DNA of 32,000 nucleotides. It comes from Microcystis aeruginosa NIES-2549. Lineage in GTDB: Bacteria; Cyanobacteriota; Cyanobacteriia; Cyanobacteriales; Microcystaceae. The DNA is taken from contig NZ_CP011304.1 of assembly GCF_000981785.2 (NCBI RefSeq), positions 3,900,001-3,932,000 on the forward strand, written 5' to 3'. Below the pieces are notes generated by a model that worked only from the letters and a program-made list of their open reading frames with translations, made no database searches and had not been told where the DNA came from. How positions within the stretch are numbered: the first letter of the stretch is position 1; each line of letters opens with the position of its first letter. The position numbers and the translations under genes are program-made. Below, piece by piece: positions 1 through 9,484 of this stretch.

Positions 1-137
1 AGCGCTAATTCTTTAGGATTGCGCCACCAATTGCCGGACTGTCACAAACTAGCTGAAATTTTCCTAGTTAGTCGTTATTCTGGTAAAAGTTTCAGCCGGC
101 TAAAATAATCGCTGAAAAACTTTTGTGGGAGTGGATC

Positions 138-326
138 ATGTTACAACGTCTTTTTTTAGCTTTTACCCTCGCTTTTCCTCTTTATTTAAGCATTGCTATT
201 CAACAAACTTCTCCTGTAGCGGATAGAGTAAATCGGCCTTCTTCTCGCGGAATCAATAAAATTGAGCAGACGGTAAAAACTATCCAAAAGCAATTAAAAC
301 AAGAGCATTCGGTTCAATTAGATTAA
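138..326 (+). CDS. small hypothetical protein with hydrophobic N-terminal (signal/TM-like) segment
   Basis: ORF track 123..326 starts at TTG. The first ATG at 138 gives MLQRLFLAFTLAFPLYLSIAIQ, followed by a polar Lys/Gln-rich tail. No family recognised. Confidence 0.3.
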   Translation: MLQRLFLAFTLAFPLYLSIAIQQTSPVADRVNRPSSRGINKIEQTVKTIQKQLKQEHSVQLD

Positions 327-442
327 TAAGTTTTGGCAACAAGAGGAGAGGTAAAACGGGTGCATCTCATTTTTGTAAATCTACTAATTTGGGATTTTTA
401 AGGGGAAACTTTCTCCTAAAATTGGGCGTTACTTTCGGTTTT

Positions 443-497
443 ATCACTCAACCCTAGGGTTGAGTGATAGTAGGGTTGATTCATGAATCAACCCTAC
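443..497. repeat. two abutting perfect palindromes (26 bp and 28 bp) built on a GGGTT/AACCC core
   Basis: 443-468 is ATCACTCAACCCTAGGGTTGAGTGAT and 470-497 is GTAGGGTTGATTCATGAATCAACCCTAC. Both are perfectly self-complementary by direct reading. Confidence 0.9.
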
Positions 498-515
498 CCA
501 AACCCCCCGTTGGAG

Positions 516-640
516 CCCAAACCCCGGAGCGCATTAGTTTTTCGGTGGGATGCTTACACGCGATTGTTCATATTTTTGTACTAATTTAAGAGTCACCGAT
601 AATTCCTAATTGTCGGTATTTCTGCAAATGTGGGATGCAC
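516..640 (+). repeat. dispersed intergenic repeat, copy A (MITE-like or small-RNA-like element)
   Basis: About 125 bp align with 23697-23820. The 92-bp core GATGCTTACA...TGTGGGATGCAC differs at only 4 positions. It contains a 10-bp hairpin at 595-617. Confidence 0.85.
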
Positions 641-659
641 TAGCTAAAACTCCTTTCTT

Positions 660-2564
660 TCACTTTTGACTTGACAAACTACTGACTATTTGCTGCGAGG
701 GACGGTATTCGGGAACTAAATCTTGTAGGGACTTAACTAAGCCCTGACGGTCATTAAGTTGAATATAATTAAGCAGTTGCTCTAATTTGGTTTGCAATTT
801 GTCCCAAGCAAGAAAGTGTTCATGAGCGCAAAAAATTTTGGGGTGAGCAGTGGGACGAGCTTTATCGGTATCGATTAATAATTCTTCGTAGAGTTTTTCC
901 CCCGGTCTTAATCCAGTGATTTCAATATCGATATCTTGCCCCAATTCCAAGCCACTTAAACGAATCATCTGTAGGGCCAAATCGTAAATTCTTACCGGTT
1001 CACCCATATCTAACAGGAATACCTCACCCCCTTGGGCCATGGCTCCCGCTTGTATAACCAAACGCACCGCCTCGGGAATAGACATAAAATAGCGAATAAT
1101 ATCGCGATGGGTGAGGGTAATATTCTTACGTTGAGCGATTTGTTCCCGGAAACGCGGCACCACGGAACCGCTGCTATCGAGAACATTGCCAAAGCGGACG
1201 ATAGCGCAACGGGTGAAACTGTTGGGTAAAGCGGCCAAAGCTTGCACGACTAACTCAGCACAGCGTTTACTGGCCCCCATAATGTTAGTCGGTCTGACGG
1301 CCTTATCGGTGGAAATGAGAACTAAATTACTAACCGAATTCTTGATCGCGGTCTGAGCGACATTTAAAGTTCCCCAAACATTAGTATAAACACCCTGACT
1401 AGGATTGGCTTCCACAAGGGGAACGTGCTTATAGGCGGCCGTGTGATAAATTGTCTCAATTTGGTGTTGTTGGATGACTCGGGCCAGATGATTGCGGTCA
1501 AGAACATTGCCTAGATAGGCATACTTGTGTAAATCGGTATAATTTTCGCTTAAATCGAGATCGATTTTGTAGAGGGAAAACTCGTTTAATTCGTAGATTA
1601 CCAAGCATTTTGGCTTGAGGAAGGCGATTTGTCGGCATAATTCCGAACCGATGGAACCACCACCCCCGGTAACTAACACCGCTTTACCGGTGACATTTTT
1701 TCCCAAAAGTTCGGGATGGGGTAGAATTTCTTCCCGTCCTAATAATTCCGAGACATCGACACTGCGAATCTGATTGATGGTCGCTTCTCCCGATAAAATC
1801 TTTGAGAGGGGAGGGACGGTTTTAATGTCGATGGGTAAAGTTTCTAGACTTTCGATGATTTGCCGCTTTCTGGCCTTGTCTAGGTTCGGAATAGCGAGAA
1901 CAACCCAGTCAAAGGCCCGTTTTTGGTGCAGTAGTGCCAATTGAGAGGGGGAGTAAACCCTAATGCCTTGGATAACTCGCTGCTGCAAATTGGGATTATC
2001 ATCAACAAAGGCCAATAAACGATAGTGGGGGTCATTTTGTAGGGAACGTGCTAATTGACAACCCACAATCCCCGCACCATAGATAACAATTCTCGGTTCT
2101 CTATCGACACTACTAACGTAAATATTCAGACGGTGAAAGACAGAACGAATCAACAATCTCACCCCGATAACCAATACTAGGGTTAACAATGCGTCGATAA
2201 TCAGGACTGAACGCGGCAAAAAGGCATCCCTTTGAAAGTAGGCAAGACTGATTAAAACCCCTGAACTATAGAGAACCGCTTGCAGTACGGACGAAAGAAA
2301 CTCTAATCCTGTATAACGTACTACGGGACTGTAAATACCTTTGAGATAGAAAACTAGAGTTTTAACGGTAATTAATCCCAATATTTGCCCTAAAAAAGGT
2401 CTAATTTGCTCATATTCGAGACTTGGATTCAACCTGAGAGAGAAGGCTAGATAGATGGTTAGACTAAAAATCAGGAAATCGGTGACAATTAAAAGAGATC
2501 GCTTCGATGACCTAGATAGGGAATTAGCTAATTTAAGGATTTTGTTGGCCAGTTTTCTATACAT
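660..2564 (-). CDS. membrane-anchored polysaccharide biosynthesis protein, CapD/WbpM/PglF family (NDP-sugar 4,6-dehydratase/epimerase)
   Basis: 634 aa. The N-terminus has several hydrophobic helices. It has two Rossmann glycine motifs (IYGAGIVG and VTGGGGSIGSEL) and an SDR-type YKHV region, the typical architecture of this family. Confidence 0.88.
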   Translation of the reverse strand: MYRKLANKILKLANSLSRSSKRSLLIVTDFLIFSLTIYLAFSLRLNPSLEYEQIRPFLGQILGLITVKTLVFYLKGIYSPVVRYTGLEFLSSVLQAVLYSSGVLISLAYFQRDAFLPRSVLIIDALLTLVLVIGVRLLIRSVFHRLNIYVSSVDREPRIVIYGAGIVGCQLARSLQNDPHYRLLAFVDDNPNLQQRVIQGIRVYSPSQLALLHQKRAFDWVVLAIPNLDKARKRQIIESLETLPIDIKTVPPLSKILSGEATINQIRSVDVSELLGREEILPHPELLGKNVTGKAVLVTGGGGSIGSELCRQIAFLKPKCLVIYELNEFSLYKIDLDLSENYTDLHKYAYLGNVLDRNHLARVIQQHQIETIYHTAAYKHVPLVEANPSQGVYTNVWGTLNVAQTAIKNSVSNLVLISTDKAVRPTNIMGASKRCAELVVQALAALPNSFTRCAIVRFGNVLDSSGSVVPRFREQIAQRKNITLTHRDIIRYFMSIPEAVRLVIQAGAMAQGGEVFLLDMGEPVRIYDLALQMIRLSGLELGQDIDIEITGLRPGEKLYEELLIDTDKARPTAHPKIFCAHEHFLAWDKLQTKLEQLLNYIQLNDRQGLVKSLQDLVPEYRPSQQIVSSLSSQK

Positions 2565-2950
2565 TATCCAATTGATTAATTAATTTTAAGTAAAATGATT
2601 TTTGGCTCTCCCCGACTTTCTGTGATAATCAGTGCTTATTATTTGTAGTAGTCTTGCTAGGCAGGGCTTTGAAGAATATATTTCTGGAAAATTACCCCTA
2701 TTCTTCTCCCTTCCACATAGAAACAAGAAGAGCCAATATTTTTTTATAACAGTAGCGCTACTTGTCTTTCCGGAGATGATATCACCCAAATCCAATTATG
2801 TCAAGTGGCGGGATTTGTCAAGACTTTTTTTCCTTTTACCAACTTTTCATCTCTCCCCAAAAATTTTCTGCTCCCGCAAACTAGCCGATAAATGATCCCT
2901 AGTCAAGGGTTACAATCAAGAATTGACACAAAAATTTATCAACTAAAGTT

Positions 2951-4462
2951 ATGAGTAATCAGTACGATGCGATCGTGATTGGGTCGGGAATCGGGGGATT
3001 GGTGACAGCGACGCAATTAGCGGCAAAAGGGGCAAAAGTCTTAGTTTTAGAGAGTTATCTGATTCCGGGGGGCAGCGCGGGTTATTTTGAACGAGAGGGT
3101 TATCGTTTTGATGTGGGTGCTTCAATGATTTTTGGTTTTGGCAAAAAGGGGACGACTAACCTCTTAACCAAAGCTTTGGCAGCGGTGGATATGAGTATCG
3201 AAACCATTGCCGATCCCGTCCAGATACATTATCATCTCCCGGACGGATTAGACTTAAAAGTTCATCGCGACTACGAACAATTTTTACAGGAATTAATTAG
3301 CCATTTTCCCGCAGAAAAAACCGGTATCCGGCGCTTTTACGATGAATGCTGGCAGGTGTTTAATTGCCTCAATAGTATGGATTTACTATCGTTGGAAGAA
3401 CCCCGCTATCTGACTAGGGTTTTTTTCCAGCATCCTTTATCCTGTTTGGGATTGGTCAAGTATTTACCCCAAAATGCGGGAGATGTGGCCAGAAAATATA
3501 TTAAAGACCCGAAATTATTGAAATTTATCGATATGGAATGTTATTGTTGGTCGGTAGTACCCGCCGATCGCACTCCGATGATTAATGCGGGAATGGTCTT
3601 TAGCGATCGCCATTACGGGGGAATTAACTATCCCCGAGGGGGAGTGGGACAGATTGCTCTCAAGTTAGTCGAAGGATTGGAAAAAGCTGGTGGCGAAATC
3701 CAGTATCAAGCGAGAGTGACTGAGATTATTTTAGATGCAGGACGGGCGATCGGGGTAAGATTGACCAATGGTAAGGAATATTACGCTAAAAAGATTGTTT
3801 CTAATGCCACCCGTTGGGATACCTTCGAGAAACTACTCCCCCCGGAATCTCTCCCGGGTAGTGAAAAAAATTGGCAAAAACGCTATCAAAAATCCCCCAG
3901 TTTCCTCAGTTTGCATCTGGGAGTCAAGGCCGATGTATTGCCATCAGGAAGCGAATGTCACCATATTTTACTAGAAGATTGGGAAAATATGGAAGCAGAA
4001 CAGGGAACTATCTTTGTTTCTATTCCTACCTTACTCGATCCCTCCCTCGCACCCCCGGACCATCATATCATTCATACTTTCACCCCTAGCTGGATCGATC
4101 AATGGCAAAAACTGCCACCCCAAGAATATCAACAGAAAAAAGAGGCCGCTGCTCATCGTCTCATCGAGCGCCTGAAAAAACTCTTTCCCAAACTAGATAC
4201 AGGATTAGATTATATCGAAATTGGCACGGCCCGCACCCATCGCCGCTTTTTGAATAGAATCGATGGCAGTTACGGCCCAATACCGCGAAGAAAACTGTTA
4301 GGCTTGTTAGGAATGCCCTTTAATCGCACAGCTATTCCTAATCTCTATTGTGTGGGAGATAGTACCTTCCCCGGTCAAGGATTAAATGCGGTGGCCTTTT
4401 CTGGTTTTGCTTGCAGTCATCGTCTAGCGGTAGATCTGGGTTTACCCCGTCCCAGAGATTAA
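2951..4462 (+). CDS. crtH: carotenoid (prolycopene) cis-trans isomerase CrtH, FAD-dependent
   Basis: 503 aa. It has the N-terminal FAD fold [12 protein letters not shown] and the block [28 protein letters not shown], which is characteristic of cyanobacterial CrtH and plant CRTISO. Confidence 0.85.
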   Translation: MSNQYDAIVIGSGIGGLVTATQLAAKGAKVLVLESYLIPGGSAGYFEREGYRFDVGASMIFGFGKKGTTNLLTKALAAVDMSIETIADPVQIHYHLPDGLDLKVHRDYEQFLQELISHFPAEKTGIRRFYDECWQVFNCLNSMDLLSLEEPRYLTRVFFQHPLSCLGLVKYLPQNAGDVARKYIKDPKLLKFIDMECYCWSVVPADRTPMINAGMVFSDRHYGGINYPRGGVGQIALKLVEGLEKAGGEIQYQARVTEIILDAGRAIGVRLTNGKEYYAKKIVSNATRWDTFEKLLPPESLPGSEKNWQKRYQKSPSFLSLHLGVKADVLPSGSECHHILLEDWENMEAEQGTIFVSIPTLLDPSLAPPDHHIIHTFTPSWIDQWQKLPPQEYQQKKEAAAHRLIERLKKLFPKLDTGLDYIEIGTARTHRRFLNRIDGSYGPIPRRKLLGLLGMPFNRTAIPNLYCVGDSTFPGQGLNAVAFSGFACSHRLAVDLGLPRPRD

Positions 4463-4680
4463 AAGCTGAAAATCAGGATTTTTACCGGCGAATTCGCAAA
4501 CGGGAAGAGAATAATTGACAGCGTTTCTCAGATAGATGAGCTGCATTTTGGCGACTGGAATTTTTACTTCGGCAAGGTTTAATTTATACTTCACCTTGAA
4601 GAGAAATGCTGTAGATCGGTTTTGCTGAAAGCGCGGGCAGCTTATTTTAGAGGAATTACTCACCAATGCAGCCAATAAAA

Positions 4681-4729
4681 ACTGATAACTGATAACTGAT
4701 AACTGATAACTGATAACTGATAACTGATG
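4681..4729 (+). repeat. heptanucleotide tandem array (ACTGATA)x7, i.e. CTGATAA repeats
   Basis: Seven consecutive 7-bp units by direct reading. The last, degenerate unit ACTGATG supplies the ATG of the downstream ORF. Confidence 0.95.
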
Positions 4730-6406
4730 CTTACTCCCTTTGATTCCCCGAAATCTTTACATTGGCAGCAAAGCTTGCGAGCGCCGATTATTCGTCAATT
4801 GGAGATATTTAGCTTTACAATGCAGTTTTTGACTTTTTTGCTCTGGGATCGTTTAACGGGGGCTAATGGGGGCAAAAAACGGCAAAGGAGAGCGAAATGG
4901 TTAGTAGATCGCCTCATGAATTTGGGACCAACTTTTATTAAAATTGGACAATCTTTATCGACGCGAGCAGATTTAATTCCGCTCGAATATATCGAACAAT
5001 TAAGCAAATTACAGGATCGAGTTCCCGAATTTAATAGTCAAGAAGCGATCCGAGTTATTGAAACAGAATTAGGACAAACCCTAGATAATTTATTTGCCAG
5101 TTTTACCGTATCTCCCCTCGCTTGTGCCAGTTTAGGACAAGTGCATCGAGCGCGTTTATTAAGTGGGGAAGAAGTCGTTATTAAGGTACAAAGACCGAAT
5201 CTAGAAAGACTATTTAATCTCGATTTTGAATTGTTGCATCGTCTCACCCGTTGGTTAAATATTTTCCCCGTGGTAAAAAAATATAATTTAGAAGCTATCT
5301 ATCAAGAATTCTTTGAGCTACTCTTTCAAGAAATCGATTATATTCATGAGGGCAAAAATGCTGATCGCTTTCGGGAAAATTTTAAGAATTATCCCCAGGT
5401 AAAAGTCCCTTTAGTTTACTGGCAATATACCACCCGCAAGGTATTAACTTTGGAGTATGTGCCGGGGATTAAAGTGGATGATCGAGAGACTTTACTAGCT
5501 AATGGTATCAACGTAGATGGGATTATTCAACTGGGGATCTGTTCCTATCTCAAACAACTATTACAGGATGGTTTTTTCCAATCGGATCCCCATCCGGGTA
5601 ATATGGCAGTTAGTCAGGAAGGGGAGTTAATTTTCTACGATTTCGGCACGATGTTCGAGTTAAAGTCAGTCGCTAAAGATCAAATGATCGAAACCTTTTT
5701 CGCTATCTTGAGAAAGGATACGGAAACAGTCTTAAAAACCTTGATCTATATGGGGTTAATTGAACCCGTTAGAGAGCTGCAACCTGTGCGAAATATCCTG
5801 GAGTTTCTCCTAGATGAATTTCGCGATAAACCAGTAGATGTGAGGGCCTTTGAACAAATTAGCGATCAAGTGTATTTAATGTTTAAACAGCAACCTTTTC
5901 GCTTACCTCCCCAAATGACTTTTATTATTAAATCTGTCACCACTTTGGATGGGATTGCCCGCTCTTTAGATCCCCAGTATAATTTATTAGCGGCTAGTCA
6001 ACCTTTTGTGAAAAGTCTAGCGGTATCGGGAGGAACTACCAACACTATGCTTACCCTAGCTAATCAAGCTCGCGCTTTTCTTAAACAACAATGGCAAAAA
6101 GGTAATAAAAACGAGAGAATGATCCGTCAATTAGAGGAAAAGATTGAGCGAGGAAATTTAGTTTTTCAAGTTAAGTCACGCGAAAATGAACGACTTCTGA
6201 CAATAATTTATCTGGGAATTAAAGTATTAATTAATGTCTGTTTGTTGGGATTTAGTCTTATCTCAGCCATATTTTTACTAGACACTAACTATAGTAAACT
6301 AGCCATTATTCCCTTTAGTTTAGCGGGGTTATTTGGTTTATTTTTTCTGCGTTCTTCCCTGGCTTTATTGATTCAGGAAAAATTAGATAAAATCGTAAAA
6401 AAATAA
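4727..6406 (+). CDS. ABC1/UbiB (AarF) atypical kinase family protein
   Basis: 559 aa. Motifs are FIKIGQSLSTRADLIP, ASLGQVHRA, a kinase-like HPGN and a DFG motif. Two hydrophobic helices at the C-terminus. Confidence 0.85.
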   Translation: MLTPFDSPKSLHWQQSLRAPIIRQLEIFSFTMQFLTFLLWDRLTGANGGKKRQRRAKWLVDRLMNLGPTFIKIGQSLSTRADLIPLEYIEQLSKLQDRVPEFNSQEAIRVIETELGQTLDNLFASFTVSPLACASLGQVHRARLLSGEEVVIKVQRPNLERLFNLDFELLHRLTRWLNIFPVVKKYNLEAIYQEFFELLFQEIDYIHEGKNADRFRENFKNYPQVKVPLVYWQYTTRKVLTLEYVPGIKVDDRETLLANGINVDGIIQLGICSYLKQLLQDGFFQSDPHPGNMAVSQEGELIFYDFGTMFELKSVAKDQMIETFFAILRKDTETVLKTLIYMGLIEPVRELQPVRNILEFLLDEFRDKPVDVRAFEQISDQVYLMFKQQPFRLPPQMTFIIKSVTTLDGIARSLDPQYNLLAASQPFVKSLAVSGGTTNTMLTLANQARAFLKQQWQKGNKNERMIRQLEEKIERGNLVFQVKSRENERLLTIIYLGIKVLINVCLLGFSLISAIFLLDTNYSKLAIIPFSLAGLFGLFFLRSSLALLIQEKLDKIVKK

Positions 6407-6560
6407 ATAATTATTATCTTGATTAAGTAAGTGGTTATAATTAAATATCTAATTGCTGGTGTGGTTACAAGTTCCCCCGATTCCCTAGAAGCAAATTTAT
6501 TTAAGGAAACGGTTAAAGTAATTATACTAAATCCGTTGAGTATATGCTACATATCAGGAG

Positions 6561-6590
6561 AGGCAAGAGGCAGAAGGCAAGAGGCAAAAG
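6561..6590 (+). repeat. degenerate heptanucleotide array (AGGCAAG/AGGCAGA/AGGCAAA)
   Basis: Four consecutive 7-bp units by direct reading. Confidence 0.8.
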
Positions 6591-6666
6591 GGGGAATAAA
6601 TAATCAGTTTTTAATAACCGAATTTAGTATTAGCTGGTAAATCTAGCACTTTCTAGAGAATCTAGA

Positions 6667-6698
6667 GGCTGCATCTCAGTTTTGTCTGAGATGCAGCC
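6667..6698. terminator. perfect 13-bp stem hairpin between convergent genes, a probable bidirectional terminator
   Basis: GGCTGCATCTCAG-TTTTGT-CTGAGATGCAGCC. It lies 15 nt past the stop of the minus-strand gene at 6713 and downstream of the plus-strand gene ending at 6406. Confidence 0.6.
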
Positions 6699-6712
6699 AG
6701 ATAACTGCTATC

Positions 6713-7039
6713 TCACTTTTTAGCATAGAGTCCCGTGGGAATATTTTCTTCATCCTCCACTTCTGTCTGCGCCACATAATAGAATTTTAGTTCATCGAGC
6801 ATATCAGTGATTGCTCTTTCTACAGCAATTCTTATTCTTAATCTTCGGGTGTGGGGATCGTGATATTTCTCTGCCAAAGTTTTGAAACTGCGCGGCAGAA
6901 GTTCGATAGCATTATTCATAACTCGATCGATTTTAATCTCCGAGCGATATTTGCGAAAACAAGCAGGTAAATTACTTAATTGTTCCTGTACTTCTGCTAT
7001 CACTAATTGCTCGATCAAATTGAGATAAGGTTGGTTCAT
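6713..7039 (-). CDS. ComFB-like (late competence development ComFB family) small protein
   Basis: 108 aa. NLIEQLVIAEVQEQL followed by IDRVMNNAIELLPRSF resembles the ComFB pattern N.mE.LV..EV ... DV...ALN.LPP.Y. This is recognition from memory only. Confidence 0.45.
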   Translation of the reverse strand: MNQPYLNLIEQLVIAEVQEQLSNLPACFRKYRSEIKIDRVMNNAIELLPRSFKTLAEKYHDPHTRRLRIRIAVERAITDMLDELKFYYVAQTEVEDEENIPTGLYAKK

Positions 7040-7132
7040 GAAATAAGTTTTTAGCGATCAAAAACTGACTCGATCTTAATACCGATCGACCAAAAATAGG
7101 GTGATATTATCCCGTCTCAATGGTGATTTAAA

Positions 7133-8191
7133 TCACTGTTTGATCCAAGCTGATGGCCAAATACCGCCAATTTCGAGGCCAGCTAGATGACTAGAGGCAT
7201 TTATAATGGTTTTACCACGACTATCAGCCAATTTTATCGATAATTTACCTTTGAGGGTATCTTGACAAGCAAAACAGAGACCTTTTTCCGTGGGTACACG
7301 CACGCGATCGGGAGGATGATCACTGATCCCGATTAAGACAATGGTATAATCCTCGTTGGTTGCCCTCATTTCCCAGTATCCCCAGGGTTGCACTGTCCAA
7401 GTTAGTTGAGAATTCCAGATATCAAACTTATAAAAGCGATTTTGGCAGTGAATACCGATAATTCCCACCGATTCCGTCCAGCTGAGAACTTTCCGGGTAG
7501 CACCCACTGCGGTTAAGGTTAAATCGGGATTTTCAGGGAAAGCATTACAATTAATCCAAAACCACTTTTCGGGGAAAGAATAGCCCCAATTTTTCTCGCT
7601 ATAAAAAGGTACATTCTCAAATGGGTAATTTTTTCCCCGATAGGTAATCATTCCCGTTGCTAAACCATGAGCAGTTAAAATCTGCCAACCTGGATCAAAA
7701 ATCGGTAAATAAGATAATATTCCTGCTGTTGCTTGGGGTGGACGCTGTTTATCTCCCCAAGTGTACCTAGTTTCAACGCAATAATCCCATTGACAGATTT
7801 CTCCAGTGACGGGATCATAAATTCGTCCTTGCTGCTGGTGTGCCGTTGCTTGATAACCCTCTTGAATAGACTCAAAAAAATCTGACGGGGAAAGCAGACA
7901 GGGACGGGTTTTTAACTTAGTTTTTCCCCAATGGATAATGGCTAATTCCTGACGACTTGCCCAAAATTTATCCGTATCGGGAAAAGTGCGACAAAGATAA
8001 TTAGATTCTATGGCTAAAATTTGCACTGCTCCGCCGCTATTGACTTGACCGCCCCTTGGGTCTTGAATAGAATACATAAAGGCGAATCCGTCGGCTAATT
8101 GCGGAATCATGACTCGGAAGTACCAACCTTCAAAGAATCGGGGAGTGATACCATCCCAATGGTAGCCAGAATGAGGGGGTTGTGAAGACAT
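7133..8191 (-). CDS. tocopherol cyclase
   Basis: 352 aa. The N-terminal signature PPHSGYHWDG...FFEGWYFRV matches cyanobacterial (slr1737-type) and plant VTE1 tocopherol cyclases. Confidence 0.85.
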   Translation of the reverse strand: MSSQPPHSGYHWDGITPRFFEGWYFRVMIPQLADGFAFMYSIQDPRGGQVNSGGAVQILAIESNYLCRTFPDTDKFWASRQELAIIHWGKTKLKTRPCLLSPSDFFESIQEGYQATAHQQQGRIYDPVTGEICQWDYCVETRYTWGDKQRPPQATAGILSYLPIFDPGWQILTAHGLATGMITYRGKNYPFENVPFYSEKNWGYSFPEKWFWINCNAFPENPDLTLTAVGATRKVLSWTESVGIIGIHCQNRFYKFDIWNSQLTWTVQPWGYWEMRATNEDYTIVLIGISDHPPDRVRVPTEKGLCFACQDTLKGKLSIKLADSRGKTIINASSHLAGLEIGGIWPSAWIKQ

Positions 8192-8193
8192 CT

Positions 8194-9444
8194 ATGGGTT
8201 TATCTTTAGGTATTGATTTTGGCACATCGGGAGCGCGAGCGATTGCTATTGATTCTAGCAAAAATATCGTCGCTGAGGTTCATTATCCTTTAACTAATGC
8301 CAATTTTCAGGATTGGCAAAAGGCCCTATTTTATTTATTGGATAATCTAGGGGATTCGGTGCGTTCAGAACTTAAATCGATCGCGATTAATGGTACTTCC
8401 TCGACGGTGTTATTATGTGATAATTGGGGTAATCCTCTTTCTGAGGCCATATTATACAATGACGGGCGAGGAATTGCCTTTTTAGAAGCAATTAAAGCTA
8501 TAGCACCCCCTCACCATCCCGTGATTAGTGCTACCTCCAGTTTAGCTAAATTATTTTGGTGGAGTCAGCAAGAAATTTTTTCCCAAGCGCGTTATTTTCT
8601 CTCGCAAGCGGATTGGTTAGCATTTCTGTTGCACGGTAAACTGGGAATTAGTGATTATCACAATGCCTTAAAGTTAGGTTATGATCTCGAAAATCTCTGT
8701 TATCCCCATTGGTTAGAGAATTTACCGATGTTTAATTTATTACCGCAAATTTTTGCTCCGGGTACAGCGATAGATACTATTAAACTAGATTTAGTGACTC
8801 GTTTTGCTATCCCGAAAGATTGTTTAATTTATACGGGAACCACCGACAGTATAGCGGCATTTTTAGCCAGTGGTGCTAATTCTTTAGGGGCTGCAGTGAC
8901 ATCTTTAGGTTCAACTTTAGTTTTAAAATTATTAAGTAGCCAGAGAGTTGATGATAGTAACTATGGCATCTATAGTCATCGCTTAGGAAATTTGTGGTTA
9001 ACCGGTGGGGCATCGAATACGGGAGGAGCGGTGTTAAAGAAGTTTTTTTCTGATCAAGAATTGAGAAATTATAGTTTAGCAATAGATGGAGAAAAAGAAA
9101 GTAATTTAGATTATTATCCCCTCCTAAAAGCGGGCGAGCGCTTTCCCATTAATGATCCTTTTTTACCCGCAAAACTGACTCCCCGACCCGATAATCCTCT
9201 AGAATTTTTACATGGTTTACTAGAAAGTATTGCCCGCATTGAAGCTTTAGGTTATCAGCGTTTACAGGAATTGGGGGCCAATAAATTAGAGCGAGTTTAT
9301 AGTGCCGGTGGTGGGGCAAAAAATCCGACTTGGAGAATAATTCGTCAGCGTCATTTAGGGGTTCCCGTGCTGTTATCTCAACAGGAGCAAGCTGCCTACG
9401 GTACTGCCTTATTAGCACAGCAATCGGTTACGCTCTTGAAATAG
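8194..9444 (+). CDS. FGGY-family carbohydrate kinase (xylulokinase/ribulokinase-like)
   Basis: The ORF track starts at GTG 8182. ATG at 8194 gives MGLSLGIDFGTSGAR, the usual FGGY N-terminus. The C-terminus has a GGGAKN motif. Confidence 0.8.
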   Translation: MGLSLGIDFGTSGARAIAIDSSKNIVAEVHYPLTNANFQDWQKALFYLLDNLGDSVRSELKSIAINGTSSTVLLCDNWGNPLSEAILYNDGRGIAFLEAIKAIAPPHHPVISATSSLAKLFWWSQQEIFSQARYFLSQADWLAFLLHGKLGISDYHNALKLGYDLENLCYPHWLENLPMFNLLPQIFAPGTAIDTIKLDLVTRFAIPKDCLIYTGTTDSIAAFLASGANSLGAAVTSLGSTLVLKLLSSQRVDDSNYGIYSHRLGNLWLTGGASNTGGAVLKKFFSDQELRNYSLAIDGEKESNLDYYPLLKAGERFPINDPFLPAKLTPRPDNPLEFLHGLLESIARIEALGYQRLQELGANKLERVYSAGGGAKNPTWRIIRQRHLGVPVLLSQQEQAAYGTALLAQQSVTLLK

Positions 9445-9484
9445 TCTCATAGGTAGGATTTGCGGCAAAAAGTTTGTTGGTGGG

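Noticed and set aside
359-395. The left terminal inverted repeat of a ~280-bp MITE: GTGCATCTCATTTTTGTAAA compared with the reverse complement of the repeat end at 619-640.
   Set aside because: Only about 15 of 20 positions match in AT-rich, low-complexity sequence. The same stretch also resembles the core in direct orientation, and copy B has no convincing counterpart.
2586-2895. ORFs of 69 and 87 aa in the capD-like/crtH divergent intergenic region. Also 4442..4675, 6431..6640, 11603..11836, 19942..20220 and 20217..20549.
   Set aside because: They are intergenic or repeat-derived, have no motifs, and several overlap promoters or repeat arrays.
2923-2949. A perfect TTGACA at 2923-2928 as the -35 element of a crtH promoter.
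   Set aside because: The only -10-like hexamers put the transcription start at or after the ATG at 2951, so the pairing is not convincing.
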